Virus record (IMG/VR): IMGVR_UViG_3300031757_000002
Span: 1 to 47,959 of that record
Length of the DNA: 47,959 bases
Strand: one strand, 5' to 3'
DNA from: a virus
Taxonomy: Duplodnaviria > Caudoviricetes
The notes beneath the pieces were generated by a model that saw only the letters and a program-made list of their open reading frames with translations, had not been told where the DNA came from and did not search any database. Below, piece after piece: positions 29,261-38,890 of the stretch (position 1 is the first letter of the stretch; the number at the start of each line of letters is the position of its first letter). Made by a program: the position numbers and the translations under genes.

Positions 29261-31825
29261 ATGGATTGCTTTACAAACAAATTTGAGAGGTACGAGAATT
29301 GTGCTCCCCCAGGAGTGCGCTTGCCGAATATCAAAATCGAAGAGAGGCACTATAGAGACCTCAATATCCCAAACGAAACTTCTAATTTCGATTTCCTCAG
29401 AAAGCTTTGCCATAAAGGGGTAAAGCACAGGGGGATAGATATTCTAGAAAATAAAAACGAATATTTCGAAAGAGCAAAATCCGAATTAAACGTGCTGGAG
29501 GAGCTGGGGTTCACAGATTACATATTACTCAACTGGGACATCCTTAATTATTGCCACGAAAACGATATTCCAACTGGCCCAGGTAGAGGTTCCGCAGCGG
29601 GAAGCCTCGTTCTATACCTGATAGGGGTAACAAATATAGACCCAGTCAAGCACGATCTCTTCTTCGAGAGGTTCGTCTCAAAGAGTAGGGCAAAAAAAAC
29701 AGAAAAAAATGGAATAACATACCTAGACGGATCTCTTCTGGCGGATGTAGACAATGACATTTCCTACGAAAGGAGAAAGGAAGTTATAGCTTATATAGAA
29801 AGAAAGCACCCTGGCAGGACATGCAAGATATTAACATTAAACACCCTAAGCGGAAAGCTCTGCATAAAAGAATGCGGGAAGATAGTTGGGGAATACTCAG
29901 AGCAAGAAGTCAATAGGGTCAGCGACTTGATACCAAAGCATTTCGGAAAAGTCGCCCCTCTAGAAACAGCCATATCCGAAAGCCAGCCTTTCCTAGAGTG
30001 GGTGACAAAGAACAAAAAGGTTTTCAGCATAGCCAGAAAGCTCGAGGGATTAAATAAAAACACTGGAGTCCACCCTTCTGGAATCGCAATATCCCACGAT
30101 GAACTTACGGACATATGCCCAGTCCAATTGACCAACGAAGGAGCGCTAGTTACAGGTTACGACATGAACTGGGTTTCCGAACTCATGGTTAAGTTCGACA
30201 TCCTAGGATTGAGAACGTTAAGCGTAATACACGATGTCTGCAAGAGCTTAAATCTAGACATGGAAAACATGGACTTCTTGGACGATAGGGAGACTTATGC
30301 AAATTTAAAAAATCTAAAAACCCCGCACGGGCTATTCCAAATAGAGGCGGATGCGAATTTTAAAGTTTGCAGAAAGATTAATCCCAAAAATTTAGAAGAG
30401 CTATCTGCGGTAATCGCAATAGGAAGACCTGGAGCGCTAGATTTCCTTGATGACTTTGAGTCGTATATCAAAACTGGAGAGTATCAAAGCGTACATGAAT
30501 TCTATGATGATATATTGTCAAGTACTGGAGGACTCCCACTATATCAAGAACAATTAATGAAGATGGCAGTGAAGGTAGGCTTCTCCCTAGATGAGGCGGA
30601 GCAGCTGAGAAGAATTGTGGGGAAAAAGAAAACAGAAAAGATGCCAGAATGGAAGGATAAAATAACAAAAAAAATAGAAGAAAAAAATCTGGATCCAGAA
30701 ATCGGGAATGTGCTCTGGAAGGTGGCGCAGGATAGCGCAAATTATTCCTTCAATAAGTCCCATTCTATAGCATATGCGTCCCTTGCAGCGTGGACTGCGC
30801 ACTTAAAATTCAAATACCCACAAGATTTTTTCTTAAGTTTGCTCAAAATGACAAAATACGAGCCCTCTCCCCAGGATGAAATAAGGAGAGTTTGCCAAGA
30901 TCTTCCCCACTTCAATATCTCGCTACTTTCCCCAGATTTAATTAAATCAAAAATAGATTTCTCAAAAGAGTCCGCAGACATTAGGTTCGGGCTTAATTCA
31001 ATAAAAGGGGTTAGCGAGAAATCCCTCCAGGCCCTAAGAAGCTTCAGGGAAACCGAAACCCCAACGAAATACGATATATTTCTATCGGCCAAACAAGCTG
31101 GACTAAATATAGGAATTCTGTCTGCGCTAATCCAAGCGGGAGCCCTCTCTGATTTTAAATCCCGCAGAGCGAGATTGGTACTAGAGGCCCAATCGTTCAA
31201 TCTATTAACCGATAGAGAGAAAAGAAATTTTATCATGCTGGGGACCAAATACGACCACGACATCCTGAGAAGTATAGAGGCGTGCGTCAAAGAGCAGACT
31301 CCTGGGGATGATAATAGGCCAATCATGCCAGAGAAAAGATTCAATACTTTTAAGAAAAAATATTTACCGTATAAAGCCATCTATGACAAAAACAAAAGGT
31401 ACGAGAAGTTTGCTAATTGGTACTTCGAGACGCAGCTCCTGGGGTATAGCTACAGCATATCCCTGAAAGAAACCTTTTCTTCGGACTTCGGAGACCTTAT
31501 GGATGCGAACGATTATTACAATATAGAAGAAGGGCAAAAAGGTAAATTTATAGGCGTAGTTGAGGATTCCATGAAAAGGATAAGCAGGAACGGCAACCAG
31601 TATATAAGGCTCTTTGTAAGCGACGAGGTAGGGAGGTACAGCATGATGCTTGCAGACAATAGGCGCTCCGCGAGCTGCAAACGATACCTAGATAAAGGAG
31701 GAAAGCCGCCGCAAAAAGGAAATATCATAATGGCATATGGCTCAAAAGGGGAAGACATAGTCTTCATAAACGACCTCTCGATAGTTGATGAAAAAATCTA
31801 TATGAAGCTTAGTGATTTAAAATAG
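29261..31825 (+). CDS. dnaE: DNA polymerase III alpha catalytic subunit lacking the PHP domain
   Basis: GPGRGSAAGSLV, FFERF, ADVDND, HPSGI, KFDILGL, YQEQLM, YSFNKSH, RFGL and an OB-like tail. Confidence 0.93.
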   Translation: MDCFTNKFERYENCAPPGVRLPNIKIEERHYRDLNIPNETSNFDFLRKLCHKGVKHRGIDILENKNEYFERAKSELNVLEELGFTDYILLNWDILNYCHENDIPTGPGRGSAAGSLVLYLIGVTNIDPVKHDLFFERFVSKSRAKKTEKNGITYLDGSLLADVDNDISYERRKEVIAYIERKHPGRTCKILTLNTLSGKLCIKECGKIVGEYSEQEVNRVSDLIPKHFGKVAPLETAISESQPFLEWVTKNKKVFSIARKLEGLNKNTGVHPSGIAISHDELTDICPVQLTNEGALVTGYDMNWVSELMVKFDILGLRTLSVIHDVCKSLNLDMENMDFLDDRETYANLKNLKTPHGLFQIEADANFKVCRKINPKNLEELSAVIAIGRPGALDFLDDFESYIKTGEYQSVHEFYDDILSSTGGLPLYQEQLMKMAVKVGFSLDEAEQLRRIVGKKKTEKMPEWKDKITKKIEEKNLDPEIGNVLWKVAQDSANYSFNKSHSIAYASLAAWTAHLKFKYPQDFFLSLLKMTKYEPSPQDEIRRVCQDLPHFNISLLSPDLIKSKIDFSKESADIRFGLNSIKGVSEKSLQALRSFRETETPTKYDIFLSAKQAGLNIGILSALIQAGALSDFKSRRARLVLEAQSFNLLTDREKRNFIMLGTKYDHDILRSIEACVKEQTPGDDNRPIMPEKRFNTFKKKYLPYKAIYDKNKRYEKFANWYFETQLLGYSYSISLKETFSSDFGDLMDANDYYNIEEGQKGKFIGVVEDSMKRISRNGNQYIRLFVSDEVGRYSMMLADNRRSASCKRYLDKGGKPPQKGNIIMAYGSKGEDIVFINDLSIVDEKIYMKLSDLK

Positions 31826-31829
31826 TGTA
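31824..31829 (+). promoter_or_regulatory. AGTGTA motif, candidate phage-specific promoter element
   Basis: AGTGTA 6 nt before the ATG; also at 36650-36655 (-), 36657-36662 (+) and 43611-43616 (+), each before a gene start. Confidence 0.4.
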
Positions 31830-31835
31830 TATATT

Positions 31836-34256
31836 ATGAGAATGAACGTTACACCCAATTTCACGCCAAGGGCGCAAAAAGCCATAGGCACCTCAAAGAA
31901 AATAGCGCTAGAACTGAACAATAGTAAAGTTGTTCCAGCCCACCTGCTCATCGCAGTGCTAGAGTCTAGGCAATTTACAATTAATAATATATTAGAAAAT
32001 TTAAATATAGAGGGGCAGCTACTCTCGACTATACTGCAAGACGCCATACTGGAGAAGTCAAAAAACGTAGTCCCAGAATACAGCAAGGAATTCAAAGACA
32101 AGATAAAAGAGTCTCTATCCTATGCGTCTAAATTCCAACATGATTACGTTGGGCTGGAACACCTACTATTCGTATGCCTATCCTCAGAAGAGCTCAAATT
32201 CTACTTTGAAGATCTTGGGCACAATGTACAAAAACTCCTGACATCCATAGAGAGCTACATTTTGTCAAGCCAAGATCTGGAATCCGAAAAAGATTCTCAA
32301 AAAGCTGCCCCGCAAAACGCAGGAGATATAGTCAGGCCGAAAGAAAGCGCCCTAGCTAGATTCTCAATAGACTATACCCAACTAGCAAAGGACAATAAAC
32401 TAGACGAAGTTTTCTTCAAGGAGGGGGAGATGGCCCGCGTCTCTGAGGTGCTATGCAGAAAATCAAAAAATAACCCCATGCTCCTAGGTGACGCAGGAGT
32501 AGGAAAAACCGCTGTGGTAGAAGCTTTGGCGCAAAAAATATCGAGTGGAGAAGCTGCGGAATTCCTTTTGGACAAAAGAATTTTCGGCGTGGATCTCCCA
32601 GCGATGATAGCGGGAACTAAATACAGGGGGCAATTCGAGGAAAGGCTGAAGAAGCTGATAGATGAAGCGTCAGCAGACAAAAGGGTCATATTATTTATAG
32701 ACGAAATTCACACGCTAATTGGAGCGGGAAATTCAGAAGGAAGTATGGATGCGGCGAATATACTAAAACCCTTTCTTGCAAGAGGAGAGGTTAGGTGCAT
32801 CGGGGCGACAACGTACGACGAATACAGGAAGTCCATACTAAAAGACGCGGCCCTAGATAGGAGATTCCATTCGGTTTCGGTACATGAGCCAACCACAGAT
32901 CAGGCAATCAAAATATTAAATAAAGTATCCAAAACCTACGAGGATTTCCACGGAGTCTCATACGCGCCAGAAGCAATCGTCGCCTCAGTAGAACTATCAA
33001 AGAAGTATATCTCTGATAAGTTCCTACCAGACAAGGCTATAGATTTGATCGATCAAGCAGCGGCCAAAGTTAAAATAAAATCCTTTAAGAGGCCCATGAA
33101 TATTAAAAAAATAGAGAAGACCCTGCAGAGGCTGTTCGATGAAGAAGAGAAGGCGGGAAGCAAACAAAGAACAAGACTAATGAGCAAAGCAGAAAAAGTC
33201 TTTGATATTTATAAAATAAAACTAGATCTCTGGGCGGAAGATTGCAGAAAATTAGGAGCGAAAGTCACGGAAGAGGATATACACAAAGTAATTTCAGAAA
33301 AAGCCAACATCCCCTTAGAGAAAATAAAAAAAGATTATAGCGAAGAAGCAATAAACCTGAAAAACAATCTGTCCAAGTGGGTCATCGGCCAGCCCGAAGC
33401 GTTAAGTGCGCTAAGCGAGTGTGTAATGTTTTCCTTTTCTGGGTTGAGTGATAGCGAAAAGCCTGTAGGGAGCTTCCTATTGCTCGGCTCAACGGGGCTA
33501 GGCAAAACCCATACTGCCAAAATGATAGCGAAGAACCTTTTTGAAAGAGAAGACAATTTAATACAATTAGATATGTCTGAATTCTCAGAGAAAACTTCCG
33601 TAAGTAGGCTGATAGGCGCGGCCCCAGGTTATGTGGGGTATGAGGAGGGCGCGCAGCTAATAGAAAAAGTAAAAAGAAACCCCTATTGTGTTATAATTTT
33701 TGACGAGATCGAGAAAGCCCACGAAGACGTACTAAACCTTCTGCTGCAAATCCTAGAAGAAGGCAGGCTCACGGGAAATATTGGCCAATCCGCAGACTTC
33801 TCCAATGCGATTATAGTAATGACGTCAAATATCGGACAAGAGCTTTACCAGAAAACAAACAGCATGGGCTTTATGCCCAAAGAAGAAAATAAAGACGACT
33901 TTAAAAAGTTAATTACAGATTCGGCAAAAAAACACTTCAAACTAGAACTCCTAAATAGAATAGATAGCGTTATCGCCTACAACCAATTAGGAATGAAGGA
34001 GCTCAGAGAAATTTTAAACATTGATATAAAGAAATTTCAGAAACGGCTCAAGAAAAAAGGAATAAATTTAAAAATCTCAGCCCAGGTACGGGTGGATATT
34101 TGCGAAAGAGCGATGGAAGAAAACATGGGGGCAAGACCCTTGCAGCGAATTTTTAGAGACGAAGTGCAGTCAATTTGCGCTCACAAAATCCTGGAGAATC
34201 AAGGACTTAAGGAAATTAGTTTTCGTTTTAAAAACAAACTCATAATTGCTTCATGA
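31836..34256 (+). CDS. clpC: ClpC/ClpA-type AAA+ chaperone
   Basis: Clp-N repeats, [40 protein letters not shown] and an MGF ClpP-docking loop. Confidence 0.9.
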   Translation: MRMNVTPNFTPRAQKAIGTSKKIALELNNSKVVPAHLLIAVLESRQFTINNILENLNIEGQLLSTILQDAILEKSKNVVPEYSKEFKDKIKESLSYASKFQHDYVGLEHLLFVCLSSEELKFYFEDLGHNVQKLLTSIESYILSSQDLESEKDSQKAAPQNAGDIVRPKESALARFSIDYTQLAKDNKLDEVFFKEGEMARVSEVLCRKSKNNPMLLGDAGVGKTAVVEALAQKISSGEAAEFLLDKRIFGVDLPAMIAGTKYRGQFEERLKKLIDEASADKRVILFIDEIHTLIGAGNSEGSMDAANILKPFLARGEVRCIGATTYDEYRKSILKDAALDRRFHSVSVHEPTTDQAIKILNKVSKTYEDFHGVSYAPEAIVASVELSKKYISDKFLPDKAIDLIDQAAAKVKIKSFKRPMNIKKIEKTLQRLFDEEEKAGSKQRTRLMSKAEKVFDIYKIKLDLWAEDCRKLGAKVTEEDIHKVISEKANIPLEKIKKDYSEEAINLKNNLSKWVIGQPEALSALSECVMFSFSGLSDSEKPVGSFLLLGSTGLGKTHTAKMIAKNLFEREDNLIQLDMSEFSEKTSVSRLIGAAPGYVGYEEGAQLIEKVKRNPYCVIIFDEIEKAHEDVLNLLLQILEEGRLTGNIGQSADFSNAIIVMTSNIGQELYQKTNSMGFMPKEENKDDFKKLITDSAKKHFKLELLNRIDSVIAYNQLGMKELREILNIDIKKFQKRLKKKGINLKISAQVRVDICERAMEENMGARPLQRIFRDEVQSICAHKILENQGLKEISFRFKNKLIIAS

Positions 34257-34287
34257 GGCGGTCACTACGAAGTTATTTAAAATTACC

Positions 34288-34315
34288 TTGATTTATCTAT
34301 TATGGGGAATATATT
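34288..34315 (+). promoter_or_regulatory. Sigma70-like promoter, probably leaderless
   Basis: TTGATT-N16-TATATT-N6-ATG (34322). Confidence 0.65.
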
Positions 34316-34321
34316 TACCCC

Positions 34322-34885
34322 ATGAGCAAAAGAAGTTTCGAGAAAGACGGCAACCTCCTAGACCAGACAAGAACCTATCTTGTCGGGCACATGCAATACG
34401 TCAATGGCAGAGACTGGAGAGACGAGGCGAACAAAAGACTATCAAAAATCGGCATCACAGTATTCAATCCTTACAATAAACCTTTCTTAAAGGACGTGGA
34501 CGAAGACGACGCGATAAGAAAAGAGCTCCTGGAAATGATGGAAAAAGGGTATTACGACGAAGCGACGAAGCGAATGAGAACGGTTAGGTCTTATGATTTA
34601 AATTTAGTGGACCGCTCAGACTTTATCGTAGCGCATTTAATTCCAGAAGTTGCAAGCTGGGGAAGCGCAGAAGAAATCGTAACGGCGGTCAGAATGAAGA
34701 AGCCTATCTTCGTAAGCATGGAGGGAGGCAAAGCAAAGACTCCCCTATGGATGCTCGCCATGTTTCCGCATAAATATATATATGACTCAGTGGAAGAAGT
34801 TTTAGATATGATAGAAGCAATAGATGAGGGAAATAAAGAGATTGACAGTGATCGCTGGAGATTGTTAAAGAAAGAGTACAGATAA
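34322..34885 (+). CDS. Nucleoside 2-deoxyribosyltransferase-like (NDT/DNPH1-fold) protein
   Basis: YLVGHM..WR..VFNP, DLNLVDRSDFIVA, SWGSAEEI. Confidence 0.72.
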   Translation: MSKRSFEKDGNLLDQTRTYLVGHMQYVNGRDWRDEANKRLSKIGITVFNPYNKPFLKDVDEDDAIRKELLEMMEKGYYDEATKRMRTVRSYDLNLVDRSDFIVAHLIPEVASWGSAEEIVTAVRMKKPIFVSMEGGKAKTPLWMLAMFPHKYIYDSVEEVLDMIEAIDEGNKEIDSDRWRLLKKEYR

Positions 34886-35871
34886 TGGGAGCACTAAAAT
34901 ATTCAGACATTTGCCTAAAACCAAACTATACTGATTGCGGAAGCAGAAGCGAATGCAAGACTGAAGCGGAAATTATGGGAAGGTCTTTTCGGCTTCCAGT
35001 TATTCCAGCAAACATGAAAGCTGTAGTTTCCGAAAGGCAATGCGAATGGCTAGCAAACAATAGCTATTTTTACATAATGCACAGGTTCAATATAGACATA
35101 GAGGCATTTGTAGACAGTGCCAATAGGAGCAATTGGCCGCTTATCTCAATAAGCCTTGGAGTAAAAAAGGAAGATATGGATTTAGTATCCAGAATAAAAA
35201 CAAGCGGCGCAAGAATAGATTTTATCACAATAGATATTGCGCACGGGCATTCCAGGCTAATGAAAGACATGTTAGACCACTGTAAGTCGAGGCTCCCCGA
35301 AACAAATATTATTGCAGGTAACGTAGCGACACCAAATGCAGTTAGTGACCTCCACAACTGGGGGGCAGATATAGTAAAAGTGGGCATAGGGCAGGGCTCG
35401 CCATGCACCACCAAAGACAAGACTGGATTCACTATGCCCATGTTTTCATGCGTGAAGGACTGTTCGGAAGTTTACAGCGGAGACCTGTTTAACCAAACAG
35501 GAGAGTATGAAAAAATTCCCATTATAGCAGATGGCGGAATTAGGTGTAACGGTGATATCGCAAAAGCTTTAGTTGCTGGGGCGGATTTAGTTATGGCGGG
35601 CGGTCTTTTTGCCTCTTGCATGGACAGCCCCTCTCACGCAATAGAAATTGACGGAGTAATGCACAAGGCTTATTATGGCTCAGCCAGTTTTGAAAACAAG
35701 AAAACAAGAACCCATGTTGAGGGACTACTTAAGAATGTTCCGTCCTCTGGAATGGACTACAAGTCTAAATTAATAGAAATCAGAGAGGACCTACAGAGCG
35801 CAATCAGCTATGCAGGAGGAAAAGATCTCTTGGCCCTAAACTCAAAGAACGTAAAATACATAGAATTATGA
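34885..35871 (+). CDS. guaC: GMP reductase
   Basis: PVIPANM, YIMHRF, IDIAHGHS, KVGIGQGSPCTT, IIADGGI, EDLQSAISYAGG. Confidence 0.92.
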   Translation: MGALKYSDICLKPNYTDCGSRSECKTEAEIMGRSFRLPVIPANMKAVVSERQCEWLANNSYFYIMHRFNIDIEAFVDSANRSNWPLISISLGVKKEDMDLVSRIKTSGARIDFITIDIAHGHSRLMKDMLDHCKSRLPETNIIAGNVATPNAVSDLHNWGADIVKVGIGQGSPCTTKDKTGFTMPMFSCVKDCSEVYSGDLFNQTGEYEKIPIIADGGIRCNGDIAKALVAGADLVMAGGLFASCMDSPSHAIEIDGVMHKAYYGSASFENKKTRTHVEGLLKNVPSSGMDYKSKLIEIREDLQSAISYAGGKDLLALNSKNVKYIEL

Positions 35872-36047
35872 GCCAAAAAATAGTTAAAAAGATTAAAAAA
35901 ATATTAAAGTACAACAATGAAGATCAAGTACATAAGAGAGTATTCAGAAGACTGCACAATGAATACAAGAAACTTCCAGTTGAAAAAAGAAATCGTTTTA
36001 TAAAAGAACTAGAGACCCAGTTCGAAGGCAGGGAACTCAAATCGTAA
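35868..36047 (+). CDS. Small basic hypothetical protein (59 aa, below the track cutoff)
   Basis: ATGA overlap with guaC; MSQKIVKKIKKILKY...ELKS*; ends just before the tRNA. Confidence 0.65.
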   Translation: MSQKIVKKIKKILKYNNEDQVHKRVFRRLHNEYKKLPVEKRNRFIKELETQFEGRELKS

Positions 36048-36048
36048 C

Positions 36049-36124
36049 GCCACTTTAGCTCAGTTGGTAGAGCAGCTCACTTGTAATGAGCAGGTCGTCA
36101 GTTCGACTCTGACAGGTGGCTCCA
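36049..36124 (+). tRNA. tRNA-Thr(UGU) with encoded CCA
   Basis: GCCACTT acceptor, TAGCTCAGTTGGTAGAGC D-arm, GCTCA-CTTGTAA-TGAGC anticodon arm, GTTCGACTC T-loop, ...AGGTGGCTCCA; 76 nt. Confidence 0.97.
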
Positions 36125-36128
36125 TTTT

Positions 36129-36326
36129 TCATCGACCAAGATCGCTCGGCCTCCAATTGATGCACCACTTATAACTCTGAACGTTAGAGATGCTCTCTCT
36201 TTCCCCCTGAGGTACATGCGTAACGGCAGACCTTAAATTAGTCTGCAAAGTATCTATCAAAACAAGAAGTTCGCTGATTTGTTTTTCTTTTTTGTTTATT
36301 TCAAAAAGTAGTTTCTTATTCTCCAT
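36129..36326 (-). CDS. Small coiled-coil hypothetical protein
   Basis: MENKKLLFEINKKEKQISELL...; overlaps the end of the next - strand gene. Confidence 0.55.
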   Translation of the reverse strand: MENKKLLFEINKKEKQISELLVLIDTLQTNLRSAVTHVPQGERESISNVQSYKWCINWRPSDLGR

Positions 36327-36639
36327 GGCCACGCTTTATAGATGATATCGAACCTATAACAAAATTCAAATTCTCACAAGTAATTTTATCAATATTTAAG
36401 TTTCCGCCTCTTGGCGCCATTTTAAAGCCAAGCTCCCTCTCTGAGGGCTTGAGCATGTATGAGACAAAATCATGGATACTATTGTCCTTTAGCCACTTCC
36501 AGTACATACTTCTGGTATTTTTCTCGCATCGAACCAGGATATCCTGGAAAACAAAGGTCTTTGCATACAATGTTACATCCCTAAAACAATAGATTTCGCT
36601 GGGCGGAACAGTTAAAGAGCAATCTATAATTAAGTTCAT
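36316..36639 (-). CDS. Hypothetical protein
   Basis: MNLIIDCSLTVPPSEI...; the start at 36639 avoids the divergent gene and lies 10 nt after AGTGTA. Confidence 0.6.
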   Translation of the reverse strand: MNLIIDCSLTVPPSEIYCFRDVTLYAKTFVFQDILVRCEKNTRSMYWKWLKDNSIHDFVSYMLKPSERELGFKMAPRGGNLNIDKITCENLNFVIGSISSIKRGHGE

Positions 36640-36687
36640 ACGAAAAGCATACACTAAGTGTATCATATATGTAGAATATTTAATAAC

Positions 36688-37989
36688 ATGAAAAAAAGCC
36701 AAATATTGAGAGAAAGCTCCATATTACCCTATTTATTATTCATCTCCGCAATCAGTATTTCTCTAGTCGCCGCAGTATTCAGCATCATTGGGCTATCCGT
36801 GATTTTTTCTGGCGCCTTTTGGTCAGTTATAATTATGGGATCAGTTCTTGAAGTAGCAAAACTTGTAACCGCCGTTTGGCTTCACGCCAACTGGAAAGCG
36901 GCAAGTCTATTTCTAAGAAGTTATTTAACCCTTGCCGTGCTAGTATTGATAGGCATAACAAGCATGGGCATTTTCGGTTACTTAAGTAAGGCCCATATTG
37001 AACACGAGAGGCAGTCACAAAAGGTCTCGGCGGCAATATCTCAAATAGATAATAAAATAGAAAGAGAAAACATTGAAATAAAAAGACTCAATGAATCAAT
37101 AGCCCAAGCAAAAGAGCGCCTCAAGGATTTTACCTCCAGAACCGATGTCAACTTCGACAGGGAAGAGGATAAGATTAAAAGCATTGGCGAATCCCTAGAT
37201 AAGGATATAGAGATCGAGCAACAATACATAAACAAACTAACAGAGAGAAGAAAAGAGCTTGATGCGGAAGTCGCATTGATTGAATCAAAAGGAGGAGGCA
37301 TATTTTCAAACAAGAAAAAGAAACTTGAAGAGCTCAAGCAGGCCCAGGCCGCAGAAAGACAGGAAATCAAGGGCAAGATTTTAAAATATGAAACTGCCAT
37401 AGAGGCGCACAGAGGCACGGCCGCAGGAGAAATCAAAAAAATAAGAGACAAGATAGACAGTTATCAAGATAAAGATCTTACTAGCCAAACCGAGCTTGAC
37501 ACGCTTATCGAAACTTCTGCCGAAAAAGTCAAATCAACACAAGGCAATATTGAGGAGCTCGAACTCAGGAAGTTTGACGAAAAGGACAGCCTATCAGAAA
37601 TCGAAGCGGAGATCGGCCCAGTGAAATATGTCGCGGAAATATTAAGAGAGCTAGGAATAGCCGACCTAGAGAATGATTCGGCGGTTAGAATGATTACAAC
37701 AATAATAATGTTTGTGTTCGACCCCCTGGCCGTGTTAATGTTACTTGCTGCGACATCCACAATAAGAATGTCTAAAAAAACACAAACGATTAAGCCCGTC
37801 ATAGAAGCGGCAAATGTTGCCCTCGAGCGCCCGCAAACACATAAGGCAGTTGCCACAGAGTCAAAAACAATAGAAGAGTCTATAAATAAAGCAGAAGAAA
37901 AAGCGGCAAACCCCGCAAACCAGCCACAACATAAGGGCGGGGTGAGATGGTCGAGAAAGAAAAAAGATAATTTTCGAAATAATTCTTGA
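36688..37989 (+). CDS. Membrane-anchored coiled-coil protein (large-phage type)
   Basis: Three N-terminal TM segments (SMGIFGYLSKAH), a long coiled coil, IGPVKYVAE and a C-terminal TM VFDPLAVLML. Confidence 0.8.
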   Translation: MKKSQILRESSILPYLLFISAISISLVAAVFSIIGLSVIFSGAFWSVIIMGSVLEVAKLVTAVWLHANWKAASLFLRSYLTLAVLVLIGITSMGIFGYLSKAHIEHERQSQKVSAAISQIDNKIERENIEIKRLNESIAQAKERLKDFTSRTDVNFDREEDKIKSIGESLDKDIEIEQQYINKLTERRKELDAEVALIESKGGGIFSNKKKKLEELKQAQAAERQEIKGKILKYETAIEAHRGTAAGEIKKIRDKIDSYQDKDLTSQTELDTLIETSAEKVKSTQGNIEELELRKFDEKDSLSEIEAEIGPVKYVAEILRELGIADLENDSAVRMITTIIMFVFDPLAVLMLLAATSTIRMSKKTQTIKPVIEAANVALERPQTHKAVATESKTIEESINKAEEKAANPANQPQHKGGVRWSRKKKDNFRNNS

Positions 37990-38013
37990 CTAAAATAAAA
38001 GAGTCGCTATATT
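37986..38013 (+). promoter_or_regulatory. Sigma70-like promoter (leadered)
   Basis: TTGACT-N16-TATATT; the spacer resembles that at 15457. Confidence 0.65.
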
Positions 38014-38042
38014 GTAAGCATCATTAACACTTAAACAATATT

Positions 38043-38384
38043 ATGAGCGAAGAAAATACCAAGAATCAAGAAAGCAATAACGACTGGAAGAACAGGGAAA
38101 TGGGCGCGCTTTGGCGCAGGGAAGGAAAGAACCAAAACTATCTGTCTGGACATGTTAAGTTCGGAGAGTTTGGAGTGGAGACCAACGTGAAGCTAGTAGT
38201 ATTCACCAATAAGTACAAGAAGGAAAACCCAAAGGCCCCAGACTTCATTGTTTACCAAGCAGACGAAGTCGGGCAAAGCGCCGCATCAACCTCAAGCTCT
38301 GAGAACTCTGAGAACTCTGAGAACTCTGAGAACCCCGAGAGCAACGAAGAATCAACTTTGGATATCCCAAATATGCTTGCATAA
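38043..38384 (+). CDS. DUF736-like protein with an acidic tail (possible ssDNA-binding protein)
   Basis: GALWRREGK..YLSG...VFTNKYK..NPKAPDFIVY, then an SEN-repeat tail. Confidence 0.6.
   Translation: MSEENTKNQESNNDWKNREMGALWRREGKNQNYLSGHVKFGEFGVETNVKLVVFTNKYKKENPKAPDFIVYQADEVGQSAASTSSSENSENSENSENPESNEESTLDIPNMLA
38298..38333 (+). repeat. 9-bp coding repeat TCTGAGAAC x4 (SEN)
   Basis: Four perfect copies. Confidence 0.95.
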
Positions 38385-38403
38385 TATTGCTAGCTAAAGT
38401 CGG

Positions 38404-38583
38404 ATGAGTGATATGACGGAAATAAGAGATATGGTGAGGCATCTACATACCCTGCACGAAGAAGTAAGGGTACTAGAATCAAGGATCGAACCCCATGATT
38501 GCGGCTACCTCAAAACGACAGTAAGCACCCTAAGGTCTAGAATCAAAGAGATTCAAGAAAATTTGGATAAAAAAATGTCGTGA
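38404..38583 (+). CDS. Small phage hypothetical protein (59 aa)
   Basis: MSDMTEIRDMV...ESRIEPHDCGYLKTTVSTLRSRIKEI...*; helical pattern. Confidence 0.6.
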   Translation: MSDMTEIRDMVRHLHTLHEEVRVLESRIEPHDCGYLKTTVSTLRSRIKEIQENLDKKMS

Positions 38584-38744
38584 CGAAATATACCGCCAGG
38601 GGTAAATTATTAGTTGGCCTCTGCGTTATGAATGTATATTTAGCATTCGTGCTAGCGTACAGTCAAAGCCTTCAATGCATATTCAGTTTTTTAGTGGCGC
38701 TAATTTGCTGGCTAGGCACATACGACAAAAGATGCAGGAAGTAA
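38580..38744 (+). CDS. Small 2-TM membrane protein (54 aa)
   Basis: GTGA overlap; MTKYTARGKLLVGLCVMNVYLAFVLAYSQSLQCIFSFLVALICWLGTYDKRCRK*. Confidence 0.55.
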   Translation: MTKYTARGKLLVGLCVMNVYLAFVLAYSQSLQCIFSFLVALICWLGTYDKRCRK

Positions 38745-38780
38745 AAGTTTATTTTTTTGCCAAACATCATATAATAAAAT

Positions 38781-38855
38781 ATGATTCATCACGTAAAACT
38801 TTGGCAAATAGCAGTTCTTTTAGCCCTGGCAGTCGCACTTCAAATTTTATTTTAA
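38781..38855 (+). CDS. 24-aa hydrophobic micropeptide (candidate)
   Basis: MIHHVKLWQIAVLLALAVALQILF*, preceded by TTTATT-N16-TATAAT-N5-ATG. Confidence 0.4.
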   Translation: MIHHVKLWQIAVLLALAVALQILF

Positions 38856-38856
38856 T

Positions 38857-38884
38857 TTGATTTTGGCATAATTTTAGCTATAAT
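38857..38884 (+). promoter_or_regulatory. hsp20 promoter: sigma70-like with an overlapping sigma54-like element
   Basis: TTGATT-N16-TATAAT; TGGCATAATTTTAGCT has GG-N10-GC spacing. Confidence 0.6.
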
Positions 38885-38890
38885 GTATAT

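Noticed and set aside
15905-31825. Inteins or introns in recA, dnaB or dnaE
   Set aside because: Lengths are normal, and no C..HN splice motifs or LAGLIDADG blocks were seen.
34246-34479. 77-aa ORF
   Set aside because: It overlaps the promoter and the NDT-like gene in another frame.
38675-38860. 61-aa ORF
   Set aside because: It overlaps two better-supported small ORFs in another frame.
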